From Fimicolochytrium jonesii (Eukaryota), in contig NW_026515673.1 in NCBI RefSeq assembly GCF_025526975.1, forward strand, positions 1,054,001-1,117,792: a stretch of DNA of 63,792 bases, given 5' to 3'. Positions 34,467-45,817 of this stretch are shown one piece after another. The position numbers and the translations under genes are program-made. How positions within the stretch are numbered: position 1 is the first letter of the stretch; every line of letters starts with the position of its first letter. The notes under the pieces were generated by a model, which was given only the letters and a program-made list of their open reading frames with translations, did no database searches and was not told the origin of the DNA.

Positions 34467-37400
34467 ATGTCGGTACATGAAGACCATGAGGTCCAATGGG
34501 GAAACGCACCCCCATCGGCTTTGGAGAAGACTGTTTTCACGTTTCTGTATACCATGTGTAAAGATGCGGATCACTCGTCGTTCTTTGCATATATACTATT
34601 AGTGATCGAGGTAAACTTTGTGGTCTCAAAACGTTTGTCATGTGAAAGGTGTGGCCGCTGACTATTCTCAATCTCATCAAGGACGTGCAACTCATCTCCT
34701 TCAGCTGGGTTCCCGAAGCGATCCCCGGACTTCCCCATATCATTCCTGAGGTAATGTATCCATTGGAAGCCGTCTTCCCACACTACGACGTTTTCTTGGT
34801 GCTGTTTTTTATTGCTATTGCCACAATGTCAGCCACGGTAAGCCAGACAAGCTGCTATTTCACATTGAGGGCCATTGTGGAAACCAACAGGCTAATGTGG
34901 ACTCCTTGGGTACAGATTGTTTTGGCGACATTCTCAGCTATTAGTCTGCAACAGTAAGTATGGACATAGAGAAATCTGGATTCTCGAATGGACACTCATC
35001 CAAACCTCTCGAAAACGATTCCGCAGAGGGAGCTTCAAGGTAATCAAGAGTACATATAAAAGCTTTCGGCGGAATCGATCAACGCGTTTACCTGCGAACA
35101 TTTTTAGTGGATATGGCCTCTCGTACTCCTCCGCTTGCTTAGCTCAATGGTCGCCACGGTTTTCTTTATGCCGTTCATGGAGATTTTCATTCTAGCCGTC
35201 GTTTGTCGCCCGTTGTCACCTGGTGCGACGCCACATCTTAGCGACTTCCCGGAAACAGAGTGCTTTACTGCCTCCCATTGGCCCATATTCATTTTGGCCA
35301 TTCTGGGTCTGCTCGTAACGGTACCCTTCGGCATTCTTGTCAATTATATCTATGTGATTCCAACTCCAGACAGCAGGTGAGTTTTCTGAGGAATGAGCGC
35401 TATCATGGATACTTGAATCGATCTATTACTCACTGGTTTGGTCTCTATATATGTCTTTAGGAATCCCATGGCTAAAGCTCATGGATTGTTTGATGTCTTG
35501 TATTTCATCCTGAAAGTTAGGCAAAAGTTCGGTCTGTAGGTGGGATGCCGAATTCTGACTAACTCCACCTCTCTCAAGGGCGTTTTGGTTCTCAGTAGCC
35601 GATTCACCTCGGAAACCGTTGAGCTTATCATTCTCACTCTCATCAACGTACTGTTGATCGGAGCGTCTTTGCACTACATGCCATACTTCGAAAAAAGGGT
35701 CAATAACCTCCGCACCTCTTTGCTTTCTGCGTCCTTCCTATCGTCGATGGTGGCAATGATAAGCTGGATCCAGCTGCGGAGGAGCGACGCATCAGCGACA
35801 TCGGTTACTGCTGTACTCGACGACGAGAATCCTTCATCATCCCGCACAGCGCTCGCGGTCCTTGTTTCCCTGCTGCCCGTAGGGCTTGTGGGAGGCTGGT
35901 ATCTTTCCGAATTCTTTCGACGCTTCAAAGTGACGCGAATAATGTCGAATCTCGAGTTGAAATTGAAAATGGAAGAATCGGGTGATAATTTTGCGCTTCG
36001 GCCCAAGAACATCAAGGAAGCGAGGACTCTTGCTTCGCAAAGGAGCTCGTTTCTTCGGGATTCAGGCGCTCTTGAAACACTCGAGCGCGGTGGGCGGAAA
36101 CTCTCGCTCTTTGTGGCATCTGATGCTATCTCACCCAGTGATGCGGTAAATACACCACATGGTGTCCCCGATTCGGCAATTGTGGCTGGTTTCCGCAAGG
36201 AAGCCGCCAAAAAAATGAGCCGGCCGCCCGTCGTGCTATGGTCCCCGCACGATGCGGATATAGCTTGCAGATTTTTGCGTGACAGCGGAGCTTCACCGGC
36301 TGGCCTCCGCATCATGAAACTTGTGTTTGAGGAAGCGCTTCGCCAATACCCGAAGAATGCGCAATTGTCGTTGATGTACACGTACTATCTCGCCCGTTGG
36401 GGTGATAATCCGGAAGAGTGCCTTCACCAATTTTCCGTCACCAACACATTTCAGCCTTCCCTGGATGTTCGATTCCGCGTTTTTATGGAACAACGAGATT
36501 TTGCCCAGGATCAGAACGCGAAGGGGTTGGCAAAATCTTCGTTGGACGTCGCCAGCTATGTCGAATATCAATCATTGGAAAGACGAGCATTGCAAGCGCA
36601 CGTGGCCTGCGTGGTCAATCTCAAGCAGTTCTGGGCAGAAGTCTCCTTGCCCGGAGGAGGAGCACATGGGGATGTACCTCAAATTCTGAGTTCACTCAGC
36701 CGAGCACAACACGAGGCTGAGATGACTTACGAAAAACTCGTTGCGAGGTTTCCGAGATCGAAAAAGATATTGCGAATGTATGCCAAGTACCTTGTTACGG
36801 TTACGAACAATATGGATAGGGGCCAGCAACTTCTCAGCCTTGCTGACGACATTGAAAGCGCTGAGGCCAAGGCGAGCTGGAAGCAAACAGCGGCTCAGTT
36901 TGAAAATGCGCATCGTCTGGCGGCGGCCAGAGATACAGGTGCTTTTGAAGCGGTTGGAGGAACCGATGTCCCGGGATTACGAAAGGATTTGGAACAGCAG
37001 GTAGCGTCTGGATCGCTGGGGCAGTTGCAAAAGGGAGCTCCGAGAAGGCCGTCGGTTCCTCTTGCGCCGCGAACGGACCTCTCGGAAGTTTTGCGCAAGA
37101 GCGCCTTGAAAGAGAGCGGGAATCCTTTATCGAAGGTTTTTGATGAGCTTGATCGAGATGTTTCGACAGTTGCCAGCACGGGAGATCAGTCGCCTCGCCT
37201 AATCAACGAGGCGCTTGTTGAAGGATTCCCATGGCGAATAGAAAGGAGCGACAGTGTGGCTCAGGGAAGCGATGTCGGATACGGTTCGGGCCCCCGCAAG
37301 GTGAAAATTGTATCTCACTCGAACGTTGTCGGTGAGGGGCGATCCTACGTTCCCTCCCCATTAGCTGCGGATTCGGAGCAAATTGGGGAAGCTGATAAGG

Positions 37401-39317
37401 ACTTGAGCGCATTTCGGAAACCCAAATCGGTCGCCTCCTCCGTGGATTCCTCAAAAGCCACCAGAAAGAAAAGGTCCCGTCAAGATCGGCTCAGTGAAAG
37501 CTTGACAGCCAAGTTTCAGCGGCTTACCCATTACGTGCAGATATGCTGCGGGATTGTGCTGGGACTTCTGATAGCGAACTATGTGGTGTCCAGTACCTTG
37601 TATGCGACCGCAAGCCAATATCTTAACACTTTCGAGGTACGAGTTTATGCTTTGCTATGATATCAAACACATGCTTTGCATATCAAATGGGCTGACACCT
37701 CCCCATCAAGGATGGGACACGAGCACGGCGTGGAGCTATATTGGCCGTTCAAGAGGTTCGACTCATGACCCATTATGCACAAACGAGCCCAGATAAGGCC
37801 TCATGGCAGTTTCATCATGACAAACTACTCGGCGAGGCAGGTCGCTTCGCCCGCTTGATACTCCCAATCTTGTTTGACAATGCGAATGATCCTTTGACCT
37901 TCACCGTTCTCCGGGCAAAAAACTCGTCTTACAGCGCAGAAAAAGAGGTTCTACGGAAGAATGCGTACACGCTCGGAACTGCACTTTCGGACAGTATGGG
38001 CATTTTATTGTCGCTTCCTTACGAACGCTGGCAAGATTCTGCTCTATTGGAAGACGTTGACGTTCGAATGTTGCTGGATAATTCGCTTCGGGTAAGCATA
38101 TTGATGTCTTCTGCTGGCTTTAACGAAAAAACCTTTATCTGACTTGATTTTGCCAGATCGGCGACGCCTTTGATGATGCCGCCCACAGCCGTTTGAAAAG
38201 TTATATCAGCCACTCCGACAATGACAGCCTGAAAATCACGGGATTGATGGCAACGCTCATTGTAGTTGTCATCGTCATGGTGGCCCTTATCTACAGGACG
38301 CTGCTGCATTCACACCGGGAACAAGATAGTATTTTGAAAGCTCTCAGGAGAATCGGGAATCGCGACAAACGGCAGATCAAGGATATGATCGAAGAAGAAA
38401 TCGAGCAACTGGCTGAACATCAAGACGATCATGCACGGATGGGTTTCACAGATGCTCTGCAATTTGGCGGACGGCTTAAGATGCGGCTATCCGTCAAACA
38501 CCGTATCATGTACATTTTATCGTCCTTGACGCTTACGACCCTGGCCATTGCTCTCTTCATCCCGCCTCTACTCTTCCTTGGCGTCACCAACACCACGGCG
38601 ACACTCATTATGAGATCGAATGATCGACGATATACGTTTCAAGTCATTTCATTCCTCAGCCATGAGCTCCCCGCTAACGACCTGATGACATGGGCCCCTT
38701 TCAAGGTGCAAGAAGAGTTATATTACCGCATATGGCATCTCTCCGATCAGCACGAAGCAACGTTGCACAGTGGGGATGGCATCACGACAAACCGCGTCCC
38801 AGAGTTGCAGACAGTGTGTCGCAGAGGGCCCATCTGCTTGGCTGACGCTGGTTGTGGGTCAGATGTACGGTCCTACAACGATGCCATCGGCTTCACTCAA
38901 GACTTTGTGATGGCGGGTGTGGACCATCTCCTTGATGTCTTCCTCGACCGAGCGAAGCGAAACCTCGCCAACCCGCCGTATACCTACAACAGCACAGATC
39001 TCTACTACATAACGCATTTGGAGGACGATCTCGCGGACGGCTTGAGGGTGGTCGACGAGCTGCTTTTAAGGGTGGCGCAGGACAAAGGACATTTGTATAT
39101 CAACCTAGACAAAGGAATACTGGCAGGAGTACTTGTGTACTTCGTTCTCTTCTCCGCGGTCATATTTCGGGTGATCTTGAAATCAGCGCGGCTACAGCTC
39201 GAACAGATGGTTGGGATCCTGTTTTGGATCCCCGCCGAGATTGCACAGGGTTCGGCAGATGTCCAACGATTTATTCTCGCAGCGGAGGGGCGGGAATCGG
39301 AGGGACTCGAGAATTGA
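34467..39317 (+). CDS. Large polytopic membrane protein of TmcB/TmcC-like type (N-terminal TM bundle, TPR-like helical region, further TM/extracellular modules), multi-exon
   Basis: EKTVFTFLY..IE|DVQLISF, C..FPETECF..H, AKAHG, MPYFEKRVN, helical region EEALRQYPKN..LDVRF..FW..YEKLVARFPRSKKILRMYAKYL, C-terminal LFWIP..VQRFI. GT-AG introns link the ORF-track pieces. Confidence 0.7.
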
Positions 39318-41091
39318 GACGGTGGCCGAGATTTGACTTACCAGATTGGGGATCGGCCGTTGGGCACTTATACAGAAGCAATGCGAGAGACTGAACAAAA
39401 ACTGTGAGCGCCTCCCTTTCAACCGTAGAAGGATGTAGCTCAATGAATCGAGGCTTGAGGATATTCTAATTCACGTCTGGTTCATCCTTTCATTCAAACT
39501 CACATCTGCTTCAATCCTGCATTCATTGGGAGCCGCCGGAGGCGGGAGACTGCCATGGCAGCAAAGTATGTCAGGTTGGCAAGCGCTACACTGTGCTATA
39601 CACTGACCCTCCCTACGCAGTCCAACCACAGTGATTTGCAAAAAGCTAAGCTACGTGAATGTGGGAATCAATATGCACTCTCGGGAGATTGATGAAATGC
39701 ACGCATTTTTTCATCCATAGTCTAATCATCGGATCTCAGCAGAGATGGAGGTGGGCGGCGTGAAGTAATGGGAGAGAAAGCGGTTCCATCATGGTTGTGG
39801 CTTCAGCACCGAGAGCATAGTGCCGCTAGACCATGCAACATATTGGATGCTGATGCCTTGAATGCAGCGCTCAGGCTGAAAGAGTTGTCGCCTTCGTTCT
39901 CCACATCATTCTCACCGGCGCTCTGGTTCTCCACGCCGCTGTCATAAGTCTCTGCCTCAGCTCTGCGCTTGCCTCAGTTCAGCGTTCAGCTCAGCGATGC
40001 ACCCCCTGGAGAACAGCAGAAGTGATGCACCGGCCACCGATTGTGTCATCCTCCTATCCACACTCCCGCCGGGTCCCTGGTCTCCTCCTCCCCCACCTCC
40101 TCCTCCCCTGTTCTAAGCAGCTGCACTGACATAGGCATCTCCAGCTCGGTTGCACTCCAACTCGGTTGCATGGTTTCCTGGCCATGGTTACGACGTTGAT
40201 AGCCAACCACAAGGCCACCCCAATGCAGGCTGCCTCAAGCTACCGACGTGGGTACAGATCTGAGCGTGTCCCTTTGCGTGCCTGCTAGAGATGATGTCTG
40301 TTGTAGACCACTCTAGCAGAACAAGCTGATTCCAACACCATGAATGTGTCAAGGTCAGTTGCTCGCTCCAGCACAGCCAAGATCCGTACAGTCTTGCAGG
40401 GTTGTTTGATTGCCGGGATAGCTGTGTGTCAATGAAACCACATCAATGCTGTGGTAATGAAGCTAACAACGGTGAGGGATTGTGGTTGTTACCTGCTGGT
40501 GATTTGGTGGTGACGATGCTCGCAAATTGCGTTGGGAAGGAAGGAACGTTAAGCCGGGGCACAGATGCGGCTCGCCGGCGCCGTCGCGGCGAGCCGCTGG
40601 TCATACGAGCCCTGCCTCTTCCCCCGGTCGGCACACCGGACCACTGCCGGATTCGCCCTAGGACTCTGTCTGCTTTGCAGCCATAGAACATGCGCTATGG
40701 ACTCAAGTTGAAGTCTCCAGATGAAAAACGGGAACCTACTCTGAGGATCTGTACTAGAGCCCCAGCCAGGACTTCAATTGTTTCCCAGCTCCAACTTTGA
40801 AGTGAACTTGAAGTGGCCACGAAAAACATTTGAGCGCGGTCTACGTACCGTGGGAAGGTTTGCGTCAGTGTCTTGGTGACTTGGACTGCCTACCGAAAAG
40901 CTTTGCGGAGCAATGGAAGCTGACATTCGCAGTGAGGTTGGAAAGTCGGTCCAGAACTTCGTAGTACAGTAACTTCGCTTCTCGCCATCCGTTCAAGCCG
41001 TCTCCTGGTCCACTGAACGCCCGCGTATCGACAGCTTGGGAATACCTCGGTCAGAGGGCAAGGATCCCTTAGCGAACTCCGGACGCTTACA

Positions 41092-43533
41092 ATGTCAACC
41101 GCATCACAACAAGATACGTCCACTGTAACAGTAGCCGTTCTAGGTCCCGGGCGACTGTCCGCTGCCATTCGGGTGTATAAGGATGCGACGGGTACAGACT
41201 TGCGCCGTTTGGTCGCGGGAGAATTCTTCGCGGGGAGTCTTTTGCAATCGCGGCCACATGAGCTGACCCTTTACGACGTCAGCTTGGAAAACCTGACATG
41301 GGATGATAGCCGGTTGCTGCAGAATATTACGCATAGGAAGGCTATAGCCAGGACGTTTCCCACGGCGACTGAACTGTCACCACTTTCCTGTCTTGAAGTT
41401 ACGAACGTTTTGGGAGCGGCGGATGGAACTGTGAAGGTTCTGGCGGTGGTGTTTCCTGGTGCAGGAGGTGCGTCGAGGGAGGTGCATCCGCCTCCGCAGT
41501 ATCAGCAGAATGTGCAACTAGGTTCGCCCGGTAGAGTGGGGGAGACGCAGCGTACTGAAGGAGATGCAGCAACGCCACCGGATGCGACGGATGCCACCGG
41601 ATGCCACCCCCGTAGAGCCGCAACGACTCCGGCATCATCACCGGTCGAGTCAGAACCCAGGCCGGTGGAGCATGCACATTATCCGTCAAATAGCTCTGGA
41701 CAGCCAGCTTCAACCTCCGCGACAGGTCTTCCCGCCCCAAACAAATACGTGCTGGGCGGATCCCCAACGAACATTCGGTTTTCGATGAACTCGTTTCTAT
41801 TTCCATACCCGCGTCCATATCCGATGCAGCACGGAGGCCCACCCCACCCCGGATTTCCTGCGTACCATCCACATCCTGGGCAACATCCGGGGCATTATTT
41901 GTGGCAAATGCCTCCAAGTCCGAGCTACACCCCCGCGCCATATCCAATGCACTTCCCCTCTCCCCCAATACCCGCTGACGGGACGCGCCATCCTCCAGAG
42001 CGCGCTGCGTCTCCATCCTTTCCAGCGGGAAGCTCAACGCTGGCCACATCAGTCCGTCCTTCAACCGCACCCGGCTGCTCGTCGAACCAGCGCCCCGCCA
42101 ATACCCGTGCTCTCACGATTTTAACCAATCCAGCGTACGCTTCCAGCATATCTATATCAGGCACAACGGCATCACCCACTTCCGCAACGAGACTTCTTCC
42201 CAGTTCCACGACATCGACAATGCCCCCGGGCACCCTAGCCCCAGATCCTGTGACCGAAAACGACGAACCAGTCCCGACGCCGACCAGCGCCTGCCCACTG
42301 TCATCCACGAACCCGCTCGCAGATTACGAAGCGACTGCATCAACAGAGCCGACGATTATCAAGGTGGACGATTACATTCACAAACCAGCGACTTCACGGC
42401 CACTCCCATACCCAAAATTTGATAACGCTGACGACGACAGGAAGAAGCGCAACCGATATATACTGTTCGCCATCGCCGGACTAGTCATCGTCGTCATTGC
42501 GTCGACCACCATTGCCCTCCGGGCATTCAGACACTCAGAGCATGGGGATCCTCGCGTCCCGAGTATTTCCGATGTCGTGAGAACCTTCACATCACCATCT
42601 AGGCAACCCTACTGGGGCATTATGCCCTCCCACGACGACGGCTACTTTGTCGCGAAGATCAAGGATGTCAATCAGAACGACGAGTTCCAAATCCCCTCTA
42701 CGTCTGTGTTTCGTCGATACGATTCGAGAAGATCCGTGCTCTCGAAAACTTCGGATAAGTACGCGGCTTATTCACCAACCAATATCGAGACCGTCAGCGG
42801 CGCCATACAGATTTGGAATACCAAAACGGGCGACTTGGCCGATTTGGTGGATATCGGGTGGTACCCCAGCTCCATCCAGTTTGGAGGCGGGGAGGACAGA
42901 TTTTTGGTCATGGACACGAGGGACAGCGACGGGTGGTACGTGAACGTCACCGTCGTAGACCTCGCTTCACCCACGCCGCATTCCGCCACCACGGTGAACA
43001 TCATTGTTCCGGGCGAACAAGCGAAGAGGGTGTACCACACCCCGGACGAGATTATTGTCCTCTACATGTCAGGCAGAGTCGATCGGTACAACCTCGCGAA
43101 TTTCTCGACCCCGGCTCAATCAACATCCCAGATCCAGCTCCCGTTCAACCTGACCGACATTTCGATTGAAACGCGTGCGGCTGATCACAACTCAGTCTAC
43201 TGGTTACTGCAAAGCAACATCCTGGTGCAGTGGATCACCGCGCAAGCCCAGGCCCCTGAAAGCAGCATCCGCACCGTCCTGTCCAGCAACATCACCCTCC
43301 CAAGCTACCCGGTCCTCGGCATGGCACTCCACCCAGACGGCAACATACTCTACCTCGTCAACGGCGCCCCCAGCGAGAGCGTGCGGATGTTTGATGTGCG
43401 ACCGGGCAGCGAGGGGTTGGTGGGGACGATGACACCACAGACGCAGTACCCCGCCGCGGATGTCTCTGTGAGCGCCACGGGTAGGTATTTGTGGATTGCG
43501 TGTGGGTGGGTTGTCCAGCAGATTGCACTTTGA
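41092..43533 (+). CDS. Intronless 813-aa type II membrane protein: Crinkler-N-like ubiquitin-like domain, Pro/Ser-rich linker, TM, C-terminal beta-propeller
   Basis: Long ORF. N-terminus ATGTDLRRLV..ELTLYDVSL..ELSP..TVKVLAVVFP; RKKRNR followed by TM YILFAIAGLVIVVIASTTIAL; WD-like blades GAIQIWNTKTG, MALHPDGNILY, SVRMFDVR, VSVSATGRYLW. Confidence 0.75.
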   Translation: MSTASQQDTSTVTVAVLGPGRLSAAIRVYKDATGTDLRRLVAGEFFAGSLLQSRPHELTLYDVSLENLTWDDSRLLQNITHRKAIARTFPTATELSPLSCLEVTNVLGAADGTVKVLAVVFPGAGGASREVHPPPQYQQNVQLGSPGRVGETQRTEGDAATPPDATDATGCHPRRAATTPASSPVESEPRPVEHAHYPSNSSGQPASTSATGLPAPNKYVLGGSPTNIRFSMNSFLFPYPRPYPMQHGGPPHPGFPAYHPHPGQHPGHYLWQMPPSPSYTPAPYPMHFPSPPIPADGTRHPPERAASPSFPAGSSTLATSVRPSTAPGCSSNQRPANTRALTILTNPAYASSISISGTTASPTSATRLLPSSTTSTMPPGTLAPDPVTENDEPVPTPTSACPLSSTNPLADYEATASTEPTIIKVDDYIHKPATSRPLPYPKFDNADDDRKKRNRYILFAIAGLVIVVIASTTIALRAFRHSEHGDPRVPSISDVVRTFTSPSRQPYWGIMPSHDDGYFVAKIKDVNQNDEFQIPSTSVFRRYDSRRSVLSKTSDKYAAYSPTNIETVSGAIQIWNTKTGDLADLVDIGWYPSSIQFGGGEDRFLVMDTRDSDGWYVNVTVVDLASPTPHSATTVNIIVPGEQAKRVYHTPDEIIVLYMSGRVDRYNLANFSTPAQSTSQIQLPFNLTDISIETRAADHNSVYWLLQSNILVQWITAQAQAPESSIRTVLSSNITLPSYPVLGMALHPDGNILYLVNGAPSESVRMFDVRPGSEGLVGTMTPQTQYPAADVSVSATGRYLWIACGWVVQQIAL

Positions 43534-44659
43534 GTGGGCGATTTTTTGGAGGAGGCTGTTTTTTTCTGCGTTTTGATGGACTTGGACGTAGGTGTTTTGG
43601 CGTATGTTTTTGATAGATGTACACTGGATGATAATCTAGATATGTAGGGAAGAGAGGCTCGGCAACGATTTGCAGTGTCTTTCTTCAGTCGTTGTCCTAA
43701 TCCATCGGATTTTGTGAGTGCATCACACGCCGCTCCCAACCTATTCGCCTCAGCCGCCTCAATCGTGTTTCGCGGGGATCTTTTACCGCTCAGACTTGCT
43801 CGCAACATAATCCTTGAAATAGCTGACGCTGCTTATGTCTGCCAGTTCTTGCTGGGCCGCGTTGAAACTCTGTTTGCAATGAGAGTTGGGCTTCTATGAC
43901 ATTAACAGTAGCATGCGCTGCTTCACGCTGGCGTAGCAGGCATCCTAGCCGTTGCGGATAACTCATCTCGGGAACCACCTGATTTGGGCGTACAGTTGGA
44001 GTTCGACAGCCCTACCCCGCCCACCGCCGTCGTTACTTGACCTCAATCGGGACTTACCAAAAAAAAGGGTCCTGTGCTTGGGAGAAAACGTCGTATGCAG
44101 GAAGGAAGAAGTGGAAATATGATAGGAGTTGTTCAAAGGAGGATGACAAACTTGATGGTGCCTTTCCTGCAATGCAACTGGACAGCTGTAGAGTACATAC
44201 ATACAGTACAAGCGTCGGCCGAGCAAGGCACGCGCTTTCGCACGCGCGGAAGGGGAACCAGGAGTCCATAGCAACCATAGACATTGACCGGCTACTGGGT
44301 GACAATGGGCGTATGTAGCAAAACATGGAAAGCGCGTGGGTCATTCTAGAAGGTGGAATGGCATTCATCTAAGTCGGGCAAGGTGGAAGCCTGCGAAGAA
44401 CGGAGATCCCGGGAGAGGTGTTAGGCGGGGAGGGACGATGGCGGTATGGGTGCAGTTTAGTGGGTTTTGCCAACTTCGCCCACCCGATCCGTAGCCCACC
44501 AAACTACACTTATACATTATCACGTATACATTACAGAAAGAACCCCCCTCAAGGGGCCTGACGCCCCCTGAACCCCCGGCCTTCTCCATCACTTGTCCGA
44601 GCGGTCTGCAGGGATTTACTTAGCAGTAGTCGGCAGAGGAAGCAGATGACTGAGCGAAC

Positions 44660-44794
44660 TCTATGTAATGGTGAGACTGAGCTCTTAGTGTGTCATAGGA
44701 CTCTAGTCACGGAATGTCACATAGGACGCGCCGATGTCACGGTGGCGCAGCTGTGGCAGCAAGCCACGCTGCGCCACACGAGCGCGCTTCCTAG
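44660..44794 (+). mobile_element. Candidate short non-autonomous Helitron (3' end clear, 5' end uncertain)
   Basis: GC-rich hairpin GTGGCGCAGC-T-GTGGC/GCCAC-GCTGCGCCAC (44742-44777), 13-nt spacer, CTAG (44791-44794) followed by T. Repeated GTCAC motifs upstream; possible TC start at 44660. Confidence 0.4.
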
Positions 44795-45260
44795 TGTATT
44801 TATAACTGTCAACTAGTAGACCTCAATTAGTAGCACGTTTTCATACCCAAAAAAAGGATATGGATGTCACACATACCTCCTGTATGGCCTACGGTTGAAC
44901 AGTAACAGTTGATTGATTGGAGCCGCCACCCCATGACAGTAGTTACCTTTGCAGTTCGGCAATTCGGCATTGCATTCGAGCATTTTAGCATTTCCATTTG
45001 CCATTCCATTTTTCACTTATCAGGTTTTGGTCACCCTCCACTGCCCTATGCCTGCCCTTCTGCTCGCTCGTGCTCTCTTTTGCTGCCCCTCCGTGTTTTG
45101 TTTGGCAACCGGCGACCGTCTACCTTCGTTCCTTTATTTGCCCGCCATTCCACCGTTTCCCTCATTTCCAAGCGTCTGGAGCACTTTATTCGGACAGAAG
45201 GTCTGTGAGGTTGCACTGCAACCGTCCGTCCATCCTTGACGCTGTCACGGACACCACTGC

Positions 45261-45802
45261 TGTTATGATCTCGACGACGGGGGCGGAAGCGAAGTAGAGA
45301 AGACAGGGCGAATGTGATAGGCGACAAGAGATTGTATTGGCGAAACAAGAAACAAGGACTAGAACAGGAGATGAGAAGAACTGGTGTTGATCTGCTGGGG
45401 AGGAAGGGAATGGACAAAGAGAGGCCGGCTATTTATAGATAGGCAACCCAGCAGATCAGAGAACAACAACAACAACAGGGGACTGGGGGGGGGGCGCCAG
45501 CTATGCTCCTAGAGCGTGCGTGGCGAGTGTAGAGAGCATTGCTACAGCTGCTGGCTATGGGGAAGTAGTGGGGGGTGTGGCGAAGCCGAGGGGGGATTGG
45601 CGAAATGGGAGGAGAGAGGAGGAGTGGCGATATTGCAAGAGGATTGGCGAAATGTGAGGAGAGAGGGGGAGTGGCATTGACATTGACATTGACACTGACA
45701 TTGACACTGACATTGACATTGACATTGGCGTTTGACATTTGGCGGTTGCCATTGGCGGCTGTCAGTAGGTAAGCTTATGGTATGGGCGCGTCGTCCATAA
45801 CA
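45261..45802 (-). repeat. 3' LTR (542 bp), contains a (GACATT/GACACT)n hexamer repeat
   Basis: Near-identical to 50769-51319. 7-bp terminal inverted repeat; polypurine tract adjacent. Confidence 0.96.
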
Positions 45803-45817
45803 TCACCCCTCTCTTTA
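45803..45817 (-). other. Polypurine tract (PPT)
   Basis: Minus strand TAAAGAGAGGGGTGA immediately precedes the 3' LTR and overlaps the pol stop codon. Confidence 0.85.
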
